Shown here: positions 1-9,725 of the stretch, in pieces
Position numbering within the stretch: the first letter of the stretch is position 1
Layout of the letters: every line of letters begins with the position of its first letter
Assembly (NCBI GenBank): GCA_014728175.1
Contig: WJMA01000054.1
Span: 71,673 to 135,672 of the forward strand
Source: Candidatus Fermentibacterota bacterium
GTDB lineage: Bacteria; Fermentibacterota; Fermentibacteria; Fermentibacterales; JCC-6
Reading direction: 5' to 3'
DNA: 64,000 nt
Translations under genes and position numbers: made by a program
The notes under the pieces: model-generated
Database searches by the model: none
Told to the model about the DNA's origin: nothing
Seen by the model: only the letters and a program-made list of their open reading frames with translations

Positions 1-723
1 ACGATGTCTTTCGATTCTTTGCCTGATTCTCTCCGCTACGATCAACGAGTCCTTCTTGGGGGTGTACGGAAGCATCACCACGAACTCCTCGCCGCCGTAC
101 CTCAGCGCTACGTCCGATGCTCGAATCGCTTCCTCGATGAGCTCGGCCAGGGCGACCAGCGCCCGGTTGCCGGCCAGGTGGCCGTGGGTGTCGTTGTACC
201 GCTTGAAATCGTCTATGTCTATCATCACCAGAGACAGCGAGTTGTCATGTCTGTCGTTGCGCTCTATCTCCCGGGGAAGGTGTTCCCTGAAGTACCTGTA
301 GTTGAACAGGCCGGTCAACTCGTCTCGATAAACCGAGGCCTGGGTCTCCTGGAATAATCTGAGCTCTATGATTTTGGGATTCTTGAGGGTTCTGTTTACG
401 TTGACGAAGTAGTGCACCAGAGCCACCCTGACGTCCACCACTCCGCCCAGAAGCTCCTGCAGGTCTCTTCTAACCTTGAGAACGTGGTCCCAATGCTTGC
501 GTGCCTCGTCGGGCTCCATACGCAGATGTGCCAGTACGTAGAGAAGCTCGGAGTAGACATCCTGCCCGAACGATTCCTCCAGAGACTCCAGAGCTTTCTG
601 TATGTCGTCCGCCGGAACCTTCAGCCTGGCCACTATCTCTGATACGCTTCGGGCCAAGTTGGGATCCCCCACCCTGAAGTCGGCCCCCTGATCCGAATTC
701 TTGGCAATGTAAGCAAGCGACAT
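1..723 (-). CDS. Diguanylate cyclase (GGDEF domain), 3'-truncated by the window edge
   Basis: Not in the ORF track. Manual minus-strand translation from ATG at 723 gives MSLAYIAK...YRDELTGLFNYRYF...VMIDIDDFKRYNDTHGHLAGN...ALRYGGEEFVVMLP, open to position 1. Confidence 0.9.
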   Translation of the reverse strand, partial: MSLAYIAKNSDQGADFRVGDPNLARSVSEIVARLKVPADDIQKALESLEESFGQDVYSELLYVLAHLRMEPDEARKHWDHVLKVRRDLQELLGGVVDVRVALVHYFVNVNRTLKNPKIIELRLFQETQASVYRDELTGLFNYRYFREHLPREIERNDRHDNSLSLVMIDIDDFKRYNDTHGHLAGNRALVALAELIEEAIRASDVALRYGGEEFVVMLPYTPKKDSLIVAERIRQRIERHR

Positions 724-900
724 CTGACAGACCTCTTCGATTGACGAGCTTGGTATAGCACAAGTTAATCGGCACGATATTCTTGCCATCGAAGCATCGT
801 CAAGTACTGGAACCACTCCGGAGGTCGGAGAAGGCGGAAAACCCCCGATATACAGGGCCGATCGGCCGATCATTAACTGCGCCAGTGTCCCCCCAGAAAC

Positions 901-1653
901 TCAGGGCTCGAACCGCCACCCCGCTCCTGTCCGACAACAGTCTTCCCCGAAAAGCTCCTCGAAGACCCTCCTGGCCTCATCGCCGGAGCAGTGCGAGGGG
1001 GCCACCTTTTTGACTCCCTGCTCCTGCAGGCGTTCGGCGGTGGCCCGTATCCTGGCCGGGGAAGCACCGCCGAGATGGAAGCCGCCCATGACCAGGAGTA
1101 TCTCTCCGCTGCCGCTGTCCAGGGCGTTCTGCACCATGTTCTCGACTCCCGGATGCGCGCAACCAGTGAGAACCAGGTCGCCGTCCGGGGTGGATACCAC
1201 CAGGGCCTGTTCCAGCAGGCCGGCCCTGACCGGTCCGGTGGTGCGAATTCCCGGCCGTACCTGCATGGCCGAATCGACTACCACGACGTTGTCGAACCGC
1301 AGCAGGACGTCCGGAAAATCTTCCAGCACATAGACTCTCGGGCGGGAACCGGCCTCGATCAGGGCGGACAGGCCTCCGATGTGATCGTGGTGCCGGTGGG
1401 AGAGGACCACGCACCCTATGCTGGCGGGATCCACCCCCAGCACCCCCAGGTTATGCAGCAAAACATCCCCGTTTCCGCCGGTGTCGAACAGAACGGTATC
1501 GGTCTCGGTGGTGAGCAGCGCACCGAAACCCCAAGAGGTGGTCATTAGCTGATCGTAGGCGTAGTTGTCGAAGACCACGGTTACCGTAACGTTTCCCGCC
1601 GTTCGTGTCCCAACCGCGGCGGCAATCGCCCAGACCGTAGAGATGAAGATCAT
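901..1653 (-). CDS. MBL-fold metallo-hydrolase
   Basis: LFDTG, SHRHHDHIGG (HxHxDH), TGCAHPG, GGFHL and SHCSG motifs; overlaps the RND stop by 4 nt. Confidence 0.85.
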   Translation of the reverse strand: MIFISTVWAIAAAVGTRTAGNVTVTVVFDNYAYDQLMTTSWGFGALLTTETDTVLFDTGGNGDVLLHNLGVLGVDPASIGCVVLSHRHHDHIGGLSALIEAGSRPRVYVLEDFPDVLLRFDNVVVVDSAMQVRPGIRTTGPVRAGLLEQALVVSTPDGDLVLTGCAHPGVENMVQNALDSGSGEILLVMGGFHLGGASPARIRATAERLQEQGVKKVAPSHCSGDEARRVFEELFGEDCCRTGAGWRFEP

Positions 1654-4600
1654 CCGGTATCTTCATCCCCAACGGAGTTATCGTTGTGGCGCCGGCGGAA
1701 GGTTTTGTATCTGCCGAAGATCACGTATATGCAGGGCTCCACCAGCAGGGTGAGCATGGTGGCCACGAACAGCCCGCCGATTACGCTGATGGCCATGGGC
1801 GACCACGCCTCGGCTCCCTCGCCGATCTCCAGCGCCAGGGGGAACATGGCCAGTATGGTGGTGAAGGCCGTCATCAGTATTGGCCGCATCCTGATGGTCG
1901 AGGCCTCTACGATCGCCTCCTCCAACTCCCTGCCCCGGTGCCGCAGCTGGTTGGCATAGTCCACCATGACTATGCCGTTGTTCACCACGATCCCCGCCAG
2001 CATCAACACCCCCACCAGCGACATCACCGACAAGGTCGTTCCGGTCAGCAGAAGGGCCAGCACCACTCCGATGATGGCCAACGGTATGGTGAAGATTATG
2101 ATAAACGGCTCCAGGAACGACTCGAACTGCCCGGCCATAACCATGTACACCAACGCGGCGGCGACGGCTATGGCTATCCCCAGGTACATGAAGGTCTCCC
2201 GCTGGTCTTCCATCTCACCGCCTATCTCCACGCGGTAGCCAGCCGTTTCGACGGTGTCTAACACCGCGCTCACGTCGCCGGCCACCTCACCCAGAGACCG
2301 GCCGTACACATCGCAGGAGACCCGGGCCATTCTGGCTTGATTCTTGCGCCGGATCGTATTGGGAACCATCCTCTGTCTTAGGGTTCCGTAGGCACTTAGA
2401 GGGCGGCCCAGGACGGTCGCACTCTCAGCGTCTTCCCGGCTGTCCCGCGTCCTTTCGGGATAGCGGACGAACACATCGTACTCCTCGTCGCCTTCCCTGA
2501 AGATGGTAGCGTTGGTCCCCATCAGCCCGTAGGAAAGGTCCCGGGCCAGGCGCGACGGGCTGGTGCCGTAAAGGGCCAGCCGCGCCGGGCTGGGGTCGAA
2601 GGAGTACTCGGGAACCTGCTCCTCCACCGAGCTCTGGACATCCACCGCGCCGTCTATCGACTGCATCCTGGACTTTATTCGATCCGCCACCTCGGAGAGC
2701 ACCTCCAAGTCGTCGCCGTAGATCTCCACCTCTATGGGCGACCCGGTCATCATGGTGCCTCCGGCGGTGCTCTCGTACTCGATACCGGGCATGCGGTCCA
2801 GCACCCTTCTTATCTCGTCCTCGTAGTCGAAGATACTGGTGGAGCGCTGCCCAGCCGGGGTGAATCGGACGTTAGTCTCCGCCTCGTTGGTGCCGCTGCT
2901 GCCGAAGATGGCCATGACACCCTCACCCTGGCCCACCGAGGAGAAGATGGCCAGAAGGTCCTCCTCCGGGACGATGGCCCGAATGGAGTCCTCCAGCGCG
3001 GCCACAGTGGCGTTGGTGGTCTCCAGGTCGGTGCCCACCGGCTCCTCCAGCGATATGGAGAGGAAGGCGTCATCGGTCTCGGGAAAAAAATCCGTGGGAA
3101 GCATGGTGGCCACCAGTATCGACAGGGCGAAGGCCCCGGCGACACCACCGATGACGATCTTCTTGTGCCTGACCGCCCAGTACACCACTTCGTTGTAGCG
3201 GTCCTGCAGACCGGAGATCAGCCAGGAGATCCTGCCCGCCAGTCCCCGCTCTTGCTCGGGAACCAGCCTGCGTACCCAGGAGGAGATCAGGGGGACCAGG
3301 CTCAGAGCCACGAAGAGTGAGACCGACAGGCTGAAGGTGATGGTCAAAACCATCTCTCTGAAGAGCTGGCCGGCCAGGCCCGGGACGAAGAGTATGGGCA
3401 GGAAGACGGCCAGCGTGGTCATGGTGGAGGCGGTGATGGCCATGGAGACCTCCGAGGCGCCGTCCACTGCGGCCTTCCAGATGCTCTTCCCCATCTCCCG
3501 GTGGCGGAAGATGTTCTCCAGAACCACCACAGAGTTGTCCACCAGCAGCCCTATCGCCAGTGCCAGGCCGGCCAGGGATATGACGTTTATCTGGACCTCG
3601 GCCAGGTGCATGACGAAGAAGGTTACGAAGACGGATATGGGAATGGCCACGCCTGCCACCGAGGCTCCCCGCCATGACCGCAGGAAGAACAGCAGCACCA
3701 GGAAGGCGAAGATCACCGCCTGTAGGGCGGTATTGCCCAGGTTGCCGATGGACTGGTTGATGAACTTCGCCTGCTCGAACATCACCTGCAGCTCCAGCTG
3801 GCCCTCGTACTCCGACTCGATCTCGTCCAGGACCTCGTGAACCCTCTCGGTGACGTTTACAGTGTTGGCGTCCGAGCGTTTGTTGATGTAGCTCATCACC
3901 GCCGACCGGCCGCCGAAGCGTACGTACTGCAGCTTCTCCTCCCGGCCGTCCTCCACATCGGCCACGTGGCGCAACTCAACCGGACCGGACTCCGTGTAGC
4001 CCACCACTAGCTGTTCGATCTCCGCCACGGTCTCGAAGGCCGATTCCACGCGGAGGTTGATCCGCATGCCCCCTGCGTCGATGTAGCCGGCGGGGGTGTT
4101 GTTGCGCACCGACTGCAGGGCCCCCACCACCTGACTCAAGCTCAGACCGACCTCGGCCAGCCTGGAGGGGAACGGCGTTACGTTGATCTGCCGACGCAGG
4201 CCACCCAGGGTGGACACCGAGCCCACGCCCTCCACCCTGCTCAACCGGGCCTCTATCTCATCCTCCACCAGCCTGCGCAGCTCGAAGTCGGTGAGGGTTT
4301 CGCTGGTGAATCCCAGAAAGATTACCGGCTGCAGGCTGGGGTCCAAGGCCAGCACGGTGGGCTCTGCCGCGTCCTCGGGAAGAAAGCCCTCGTACATGTC
4401 CATCTGCCGGCGGACGTCGGTCTCGGCCTGGTTCAGATCGTGGCCCCAGTCGAACTCCGCCATCACCAGGCTCAGCCCGGGCATGGACCGGGAGGTGACG
4501 TTCTTCACGTTGGACACCCGGGACACCGCCTGCTCCAGGAGGTCGGTGACCAGCTCCTCCATCTCTTCGGGACCCGCCCCCTCCAGGCTGGAGACCACCA

Positions 4601-4736
4601 TGATCATGGGGAAGTCCATGTCGGGGAACATGTCCACGCCCAGCTGGGTGAGGCCGAACACGCCCGCCCCCAGAATTCCGATGAAGAGCATGAGGAAGGC
4701 TATGCGCCTGCGAACGGATACGGCGGGAAGGCCCAT
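1650..4736 (-). CDS. RND efflux permease (AcrB/AcrD/AcrF family)
   Basis: 1028 aa; GLLVDNSVVVLENI, GIVVNNGIVMVD and RMRPILMT motifs. Confidence 0.95.
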   Translation of the reverse strand: MGLPAVSVRRRIAFLMLFIGILGAGVFGLTQLGVDMFPDMDFPMIMVVSSLEGAGPEEMEELVTDLLEQAVSRVSNVKNVTSRSMPGLSLVMAEFDWGHDLNQAETDVRRQMDMYEGFLPEDAAEPTVLALDPSLQPVIFLGFTSETLTDFELRRLVEDEIEARLSRVEGVGSVSTLGGLRRQINVTPFPSRLAEVGLSLSQVVGALQSVRNNTPAGYIDAGGMRINLRVESAFETVAEIEQLVVGYTESGPVELRHVADVEDGREEKLQYVRFGGRSAVMSYINKRSDANTVNVTERVHEVLDEIESEYEGQLELQVMFEQAKFINQSIGNLGNTALQAVIFAFLVLLFFLRSWRGASVAGVAIPISVFVTFFVMHLAEVQINVISLAGLALAIGLLVDNSVVVLENIFRHREMGKSIWKAAVDGASEVSMAITASTMTTLAVFLPILFVPGLAGQLFREMVLTITFSLSVSLFVALSLVPLISSWVRRLVPEQERGLAGRISWLISGLQDRYNEVVYWAVRHKKIVIGGVAGAFALSILVATMLPTDFFPETDDAFLSISLEEPVGTDLETTNATVAALEDSIRAIVPEEDLLAIFSSVGQGEGVMAIFGSSGTNEAETNVRFTPAGQRSTSIFDYEDEIRRVLDRMPGIEYESTAGGTMMTGSPIEVEIYGDDLEVLSEVADRIKSRMQSIDGAVDVQSSVEEQVPEYSFDPSPARLALYGTSPSRLARDLSYGLMGTNATIFREGDEEYDVFVRYPERTRDSREDAESATVLGRPLSAYGTLRQRMVPNTIRRKNQARMARVSCDVYGRSLGEVAGDVSAVLDTVETAGYRVEIGGEMEDQRETFMYLGIAIAVAAALVYMVMAGQFESFLEPFIIIFTIPLAIIGVVLALLLTGTTLSVMSLVGVLMLAGIVVNNGIVMVDYANQLRHRGRELEEAIVEASTIRMRPILMTAFTTILAMFPLALEIGEGAEAWSPMAISVIGGLFVATMLTLLVEPCIYVIFGRYKTFRRRHNDNSVGDEDTG

Positions 4737-5830
4737 CAGCGAACCACCCTGACCTCGTCACCGTCGGAAAGAGTGTTCTGACCCCGTACTACCAGGGAAT
4801 CACCGGGTTGTAGTCCAGAGGTTATCTGTACGCGGCCGTCGTTGCTGATTCCGGTCTCCACGTCCCGGACGGAGGCAGTTCCGCCCTCCACTACAACCAC
4901 CTGGAAGCCCATTCGGGTCCGCTTTAGCATGCTCTCCTTCACGGCTACGGCATCGTCAAAGGTCCGGAGTTGTACCCCTACCCGTCCGGAGGTGCCGGGG
5001 CGAAGCTTTCCCCCGGCGGTCTCGAAACGCACCCGCGTCGGAACCAGGCCGCTCTGCGCGTCCACGGCCGACGATACCGCGGTAACCACTCCCGGGAACG
5101 CCTCCCCGTCCAGGGCCGGTACCTCTATGAAGGCCGGCTGCCCCGGCTCCAGGTCGTACACCGTTTCCTCGGGAAGCAGCACTCGAGCGGTGAAGAAACT
5201 GTCGCTAGCCACCGAAACCACAGGTATTCCGCTTATCATCTGGCCCTCCGTGGCCCACACCCTGACCACGGTCCCATCGAAGGGCGCGGCGATCCAGGAG
5301 GTGCTCACGGCGGTACGGGCCTGCTCCAGGCCGGCACGGGCCTGGTCGTACTGCGCCTGGGCCGCCTCCAAGCCGGCACGGGCCCGCTCCAGCTGCTGGC
5401 TGCTCACGGCCCCCGCCCGATGGAGGGACTCCATCCGCTCCACATCCCTGCGGGCGTTGTCCAGGTTGACCCGGGCCGCCTCCAGCGAGGCCCGGGCCCC
5501 GCTCAGGGTGGCCGCCATCTGCTCATCGGTGTCCATTCGGACCAGCCGCTGGCCCTTCTCCACCTGGTCGCCCTCGGAAACCAGGACCTCCATCACCTTG
5601 CCGGGAGTTCCCGGGTAGATCATGGCCTCACCTGAACCCTCCAGCCGGGCGTTGGCGTATGCGATGCTAGATATGCTGGTTGGCTCCACCACCTCCACGG
5701 CCACCGCCGGGGGCGGTTCTTCCTCCCTCGATCCCCCTCCGGGGCCGCACGAAAGGGTCAGCAGCGCCGCCGTAAATGCCAGAGCCGTTACGGCGCAGCG
5801 AAGGCTTGCTTTCCCAGGATGTCCGCTCAT
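4736..5830 (-). CDS. RND periplasmic adaptor (MFP), probable lipoprotein
   Basis: Start reassigned to MSGHPGK (ATG 5830, overlapping the TolC stop); TLSC lipobox-like motif, V.EGD.V..GQ.L lipoyl half, helical hairpin, IAAPFDG. Confidence 0.9.
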   Translation of the reverse strand: MSGHPGKASLRCAVTALAFTAALLTLSCGPGGGSREEEPPPAVAVEVVEPTSISSIAYANARLEGSGEAMIYPGTPGKVMEVLVSEGDQVEKGQRLVRMDTDEQMAATLSGARASLEAARVNLDNARRDVERMESLHRAGAVSSQQLERARAGLEAAQAQYDQARAGLEQARTAVSTSWIAAPFDGTVVRVWATEGQMISGIPVVSVASDSFFTARVLLPEETVYDLEPGQPAFIEVPALDGEAFPGVVTAVSSAVDAQSGLVPTRVRFETAGGKLRPGTSGRVGVQLRTFDDAVAVKESMLKRTRMGFQVVVVEGGTASVRDVETGISNDGRVQITSGLQPGDSLVVRGQNTLSDGDEVRVVR

Positions 5831-7128
5831 CGTCCGGCTCCCTTCATGGTCCCCATGGTTCGGGTGAGGTCGGTCTCGGCGCTTCTGAGCTCGAACAGAG
5901 ACTGGGCGTGGTTGCTCCGGGCGGAGGTCAGCGCCAGGAAGGCCTGGTCCATCTCCAGCCTGGTTATCATTCCCGCCTCGTAGCTCACCCGGGCTATTTC
6001 CGCTCCCTCCTCGGCCTCGACCACGGTAGCGCACGTGGACTCCACCCGCTCCCGGGCCTCCTCCAGACTGTTCCAGGCCTGCACCAGGGACAGCCCCGAA
6101 GACTGCTTTAGCGCCCTGGCCTCCGAGTAGGACGCCAGCTGCTCCGATCGGGCCGCATTGTAGCCCGAGATGTCCGACAACCCATCGAAGATTGGAATCT
6201 GCAGGGATATGGACGTGCTCCAACTTCGGTCGTAGTCGTCGGTCGAGAACTCGTAGTCATCCCGCATGGCCTGGTAGTAGTAATCGGTCTGGAACACCAG
6301 GCTGGGTAGGAACTCCGAGCGGGCCATGTCCACTCCCGCCTCTGCGCTCAGCCTCATGGCGTCGGCCATCGCCAGCTCTGGGCTGTGGGTCTCCATCAGC
6401 CGTCTGGCTTCGGAGAGCGAGGTCGGTATGGAGGCGTGAATGGGAGCCTCCAGAAAGCCCTCCAACTCTACCTCCACGGTGTCGTCCAACCCCATCGCCA
6501 CCGCCAGACCCCGACGCGCGGTCTCCAGTGCGCTTCGGGCCGAGATCGCCTCCGGTTTTCGGTTCTGCCAGGCCACGTGGCTCTGTAGCAGCTCGAAGCG
6601 GGATATGGTTCCGGCGTCGTATCTGGCCTGGGCCAACTCGTAGCCTTCCCTGGCTATCTCCAGCGCCTCCTCGGCCACCTCCACCATGCGCTGGGAAAGC
6701 AGCACCCCGTAGAACGCCTTGATCACCTGGGACACCGCGTCCAACTCGGTCGACATAAGTCGGGCCTCTGCCAGGTCGCTGGAGCGTCCGTACAGTCTCG
6801 CCCCGGCCGGCCCCTGGGGTACGTACAGCGGAACCTGGACCGTTATCCCGGCCATGGAGGTGTATTCCGAGCCCATGGGCAGGCTACCCATTCCCGGGAC
6901 CTCTATCTCCCGAATGTCATGGTCCCTCTGAAAGCTGATCTGTCCCGTTACGGAGGGAAGAAACCAGTAGGTGGCGCCGCGGCTCTGCCACTGGGCGGCC
7001 CTGTGCTCGCTCCGGGCCGCCTGGACGTCTCCCCTGATCTCCAGGGCGGTGGAGACGGCCTCGTCGAGAGTCACCGCATAGGTCACGCCCACGGCGAGGA
7101 GCATGATGGGTGTCAGCACCAGCTTCAT
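5827..7128 (-). CDS. TolC-family outer membrane efflux protein
   Basis: Signal peptide; two OEP repeats (FLPSV / FLPSL, RYDAGTISRFEL / SYEAGMITRLE); sits in the RND operon. Confidence 0.9.
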   Translation of the reverse strand: MKLVLTPIMLLAVGVTYAVTLDEAVSTALEIRGDVQAARSEHRAAQWQSRGATYWFLPSVTGQISFQRDHDIREIEVPGMGSLPMGSEYTSMAGITVQVPLYVPQGPAGARLYGRSSDLAEARLMSTELDAVSQVIKAFYGVLLSQRMVEVAEEALEIAREGYELAQARYDAGTISRFELLQSHVAWQNRKPEAISARSALETARRGLAVAMGLDDTVEVELEGFLEAPIHASIPTSLSEARRLMETHSPELAMADAMRLSAEAGVDMARSEFLPSLVFQTDYYYQAMRDDYEFSTDDYDRSWSTSISLQIPIFDGLSDISGYNAARSEQLASYSEARALKQSSGLSLVQAWNSLEEARERVESTCATVVEAEEGAEIARVSYEAGMITRLEMDQAFLALTSARSNHAQSLFELRSAETDLTRTMGTMKGAGR

Positions 7129-7724
7129 CACTCAACCTCCCCGCTGTTGCGCGGTGCGATGCCCTCGTATATAAGGTCAACTACCGCATCGGGATCCGGC
7201 AATGCGGGCTCATCTATTCCCTTGAGTATCCTCACCATGTATCCCACTCCCGTGGTGTTGATCATCATCATGGTCAGCGTGTACGGAACGTCGGCCCTTA
7301 TCTCCCCGGACTCCACTGCCGCATCGAACACCGGACGTATCATCTCCGCGTACTTGCCGAACTCGTCCTGCAGCTTCTTGATAAGCCTTCCTATGTTCGG
7401 GTCGTGCATCATGGACATCATCGCCCGGGAAAGCCCCGGGTTCTCCCTGGCGAACCGTACCCTTTCGTTCATCATATCGTACAGACACTCTCTCAGGCTT
7501 CGGCCGGGCCTGAATATCTTCTCCACGTATCCCCTGATGATCCTCAATAGATGTTGCGCCAAGCCCTTGTAGAATCCCTCCTTGTTTTCGAAGTAGTAGT
7601 AGATCATGGGCTTGGTCAGTCCCGACCTTTGGGCCACCTCGTCCATGGTTATCTCGGAGAAAGTCTTCTCGGCGAGAAGGTTGGTTCCCGCCTCCAGGAG
7701 CTTCTCTTTGTTCGATTCAGTCAT
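7128..7724 (-). CDS. TetR/AcrR family transcriptional regulator
   Basis: HTH signature ITMDEVAQRSGLTKPMIYYYFENKE; first gene of the efflux operon. Confidence 0.93.
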   Translation of the reverse strand: MTESNKEKLLEAGTNLLAEKTFSEITMDEVAQRSGLTKPMIYYYFENKEGFYKGLAQHLLRIIRGYVEKIFRPGRSLRECLYDMMNERVRFARENPGLSRAMMSMMHDPNIGRLIKKLQDEFGKYAEMIRPVFDAAVESGEIRADVPYTLTMMMINTTGVGYMVRILKGIDEPALPDPDAVVDLIYEGIAPRNSGEVE

Positions 7725-7744
7725 CCGCTCCCCCAGCAGTATAC

Positions 7745-7803
7745 TTACCAGTTAGTAACCTACCGACCGGCAATTAACATACCTGTCGAGTAGAGGTCGT
7801 CAA
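7745..7803 (-). promoter_or_regulatory. Putative sigma70 promoter and TetR operator
   Basis: Minus strand TTGACG-16 nt-TATGTT (7803-7776); imperfect palindrome TTACCAGTTAGTAA (7745-7758) with a related adjacent site TACCGACCGGCAA. Confidence 0.5.
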
Positions 7804-7858
7804 CCCTAAACAGATAACTGATTGTAGATTAAATAATTACGCTGATCCGTGGTGGGCT

Positions 7859-8563
7859 CTATTCTTCCTCGCCGTGGACCATGGGCACGAAACGAACCGG
7901 CATGTCCTCCGTCACCCGTACGCTGTCGGCTTCCTTCTCCAGGATGACCAGCCTCTGGAGCCTGTCGCCCAGGGGGAGAATCATCCTGCCTCCGTCGGCC
8001 AGTTGTTCCACCAGAGCCCGGGGGATCTCCTCCGGCGCGCAGGTGACTATCACCGCGTCGAACGGGCTGTGCTCGGGCCAGCCCAGGTATCCGTCTCCGG
8101 TCAGCACGTGGACGTTCTCGTATCCCTGGCTCTCCAGCACGGAGTCCGCGTGCTCGGCCAGCTCGGGGATGATCTCGATGGTGTAGACCTCCGCTCCCAG
8201 CTCGGCAAGAATGGCCGCCTGATAGCCGGATCCGGTACCGATCTCCAGTACCTTCTTCCCCGGGGCGGGATCAATCTGCTCTGTCATGTAGGCGACGATG
8301 TACGGTTGGGATATGGTCTGGCCGTGTCCGATCGGGCAGGCGTGGTCCCCGTAGGGGTCCCTCAGCCAGCGGTACTCCTCGGGGATGTATAGATGTCTGG
8401 GTACCTCGGCCATAGCCCCCAGCACGTCCTCATCGGCTATGCCGTACCTGCGCAGCAAATTGACCATCCCGCGCCGACTCTCCTCCAGATTCGCGGAAGC
8501 CGCGCAGGACCAGGCGAGAAGAGCCAGAGCGGCCGCCACTAATACGATTCTTTTCCCTCCCAT
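7859..8563 (-). CDS. pcm: Protein-L-isoaspartate O-methyltransferase with N-terminal signal-like segment
   Basis: GQTISQPYIVA, VLEIGTGSGYQAA, GDGYLGWP and VRFVPM motifs. Start placed at MGGKRIV (8563); 8608 is the alternative. Confidence 0.93.
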   Translation of the reverse strand: MGGKRIVLVAAALALLAWSCAASANLEESRRGMVNLLRRYGIADEDVLGAMAEVPRHLYIPEEYRWLRDPYGDHACPIGHGQTISQPYIVAYMTEQIDPAPGKKVLEIGTGSGYQAAILAELGAEVYTIEIIPELAEHADSVLESQGYENVHVLTGDGYLGWPEHSPFDAVIVTCAPEEIPRALVEQLADGGRMILPLGDRLQRLVILEKEADSVRVTEDMPVRFVPMVHGEEE

Positions 8564-8592
8564 TGCCGGGATCGCTCCCACTTTCTGTCCGC

Positions 8593-9552
8593 TCACAGCC
8601 TGTCGCATACGCCTCTCAACACCTCCACAGCCTTCCTTTCGGCATCGTAAGCCTCGGTCAGCGCCCGTACCGCACGCCGCCTTCCTCCATCGTCGACCTC
8701 CGGATTCTCGTCGGGCCCGTGGAAGGGGTATACCTCCCCTACCTCCAGAAGCGAGCTCTGAACCCTGGAGTACAGTTTCGAGACCCTTTCCAAATCCGTC
8801 GATAGGCCGCTGCCCAAACGGTCGGCGGCCATTTCAGTGAACTTCGCGGCGAAGTAGCGGCACTCCGACCATACCTCCGTGTTGTATGCCACCCCCCAAG
8901 GCAGCTCGTTGGCATCCTCTATCGACTCTCGCCAAGCCTCGAAGGCCCGGGGTCCGGAGTTGTAGCCCTCGAACGTGAGACCGTCTGCATCGTCTGCGTG
9001 CCTCAGGGCAGCTTGCAGAGCCTGCTTCACGGTTGCCTCGTCTGATGCGGGCTGGCATGGCTCGCAGCAGTACACCTCCAGCACGCCTATCTCCGAGTCA
9101 CCCAGCTTTTTCCAGGGCTTGGGATCCTTCCCCCCGTCGCACATGGGCCCGGAGAAGAAGTATCCTTCCTCGTCGTATCCGTAAATCACATAGAACTCGG
9201 GTATATCCAGCTCCCAGCCGAAGCAGGGCCTTCCATCGTCAATCGCTCCCCGAACCATCTGCCAGGCCTGTTTCCTCAAGCCCCGGGGATCATCCTTGCC
9301 CACCTCGCCGAACAGGTTGGTCTGCCTTATTCCCACGTTGGGGGACAATTCCAAGATCATGCGGGTGTCCCATGCGGTCGGCCCGCTCGGACAGAGCCGG
9401 TCGTGAACGTTTATCACGAAGGCATGGCCGGTGGCACCGAACAACCACGCCACGGGAACCTCCGAGCCCATGAACTCCGCGCACCCCTGGAGACATCCGA
9501 TATGGGTCGTCCAGAGTGGGTGCCATCCCAAACCTTCCAGCATCTTGGACAT
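8593..9552 (-). CDS. Hypothetical protein, possibly BtrH-N/peptidase C39-like
   Basis: Start MSKMLEG; pattern WLFGATGHAF...AIDDGRP...WE...PEFYVIYGYD and G..AFEAW. Family assignment is from memory. Confidence 0.5.
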   Translation of the reverse strand: MSKMLEGLGWHPLWTTHIGCLQGCAEFMGSEVPVAWLFGATGHAFVINVHDRLCPSGPTAWDTRMILELSPNVGIRQTNLFGEVGKDDPRGLRKQAWQMVRGAIDDGRPCFGWELDIPEFYVIYGYDEEGYFFSGPMCDGGKDPKPWKKLGDSEIGVLEVYCCEPCQPASDEATVKQALQAALRHADDADGLTFEGYNSGPRAFEAWRESIEDANELPWGVAYNTEVWSECRYFAAKFTEMAADRLGSGLSTDLERVSKLYSRVQSSLLEVGEVYPFHGPDENPEVDDGGRRRAVRALTEAYDAERKAVEVLRGVCDRL

Positions 9553-9725
9553 CGCTTTCTCCCCCCGAGGTCGTTGGCGGTCGCCCGGCGGATAATGAAC
9601 CGGAAGACTTCGCTCATGTACCGAAGATAGACCGGCTAGGTCCACCGGGAAACCCTTCGCCGTCGAGAGGGTCGGCCTTGCCCGATCGGCCGGACTGGGA
9701 ATATGCTACGATTCCCGGAGGATGG

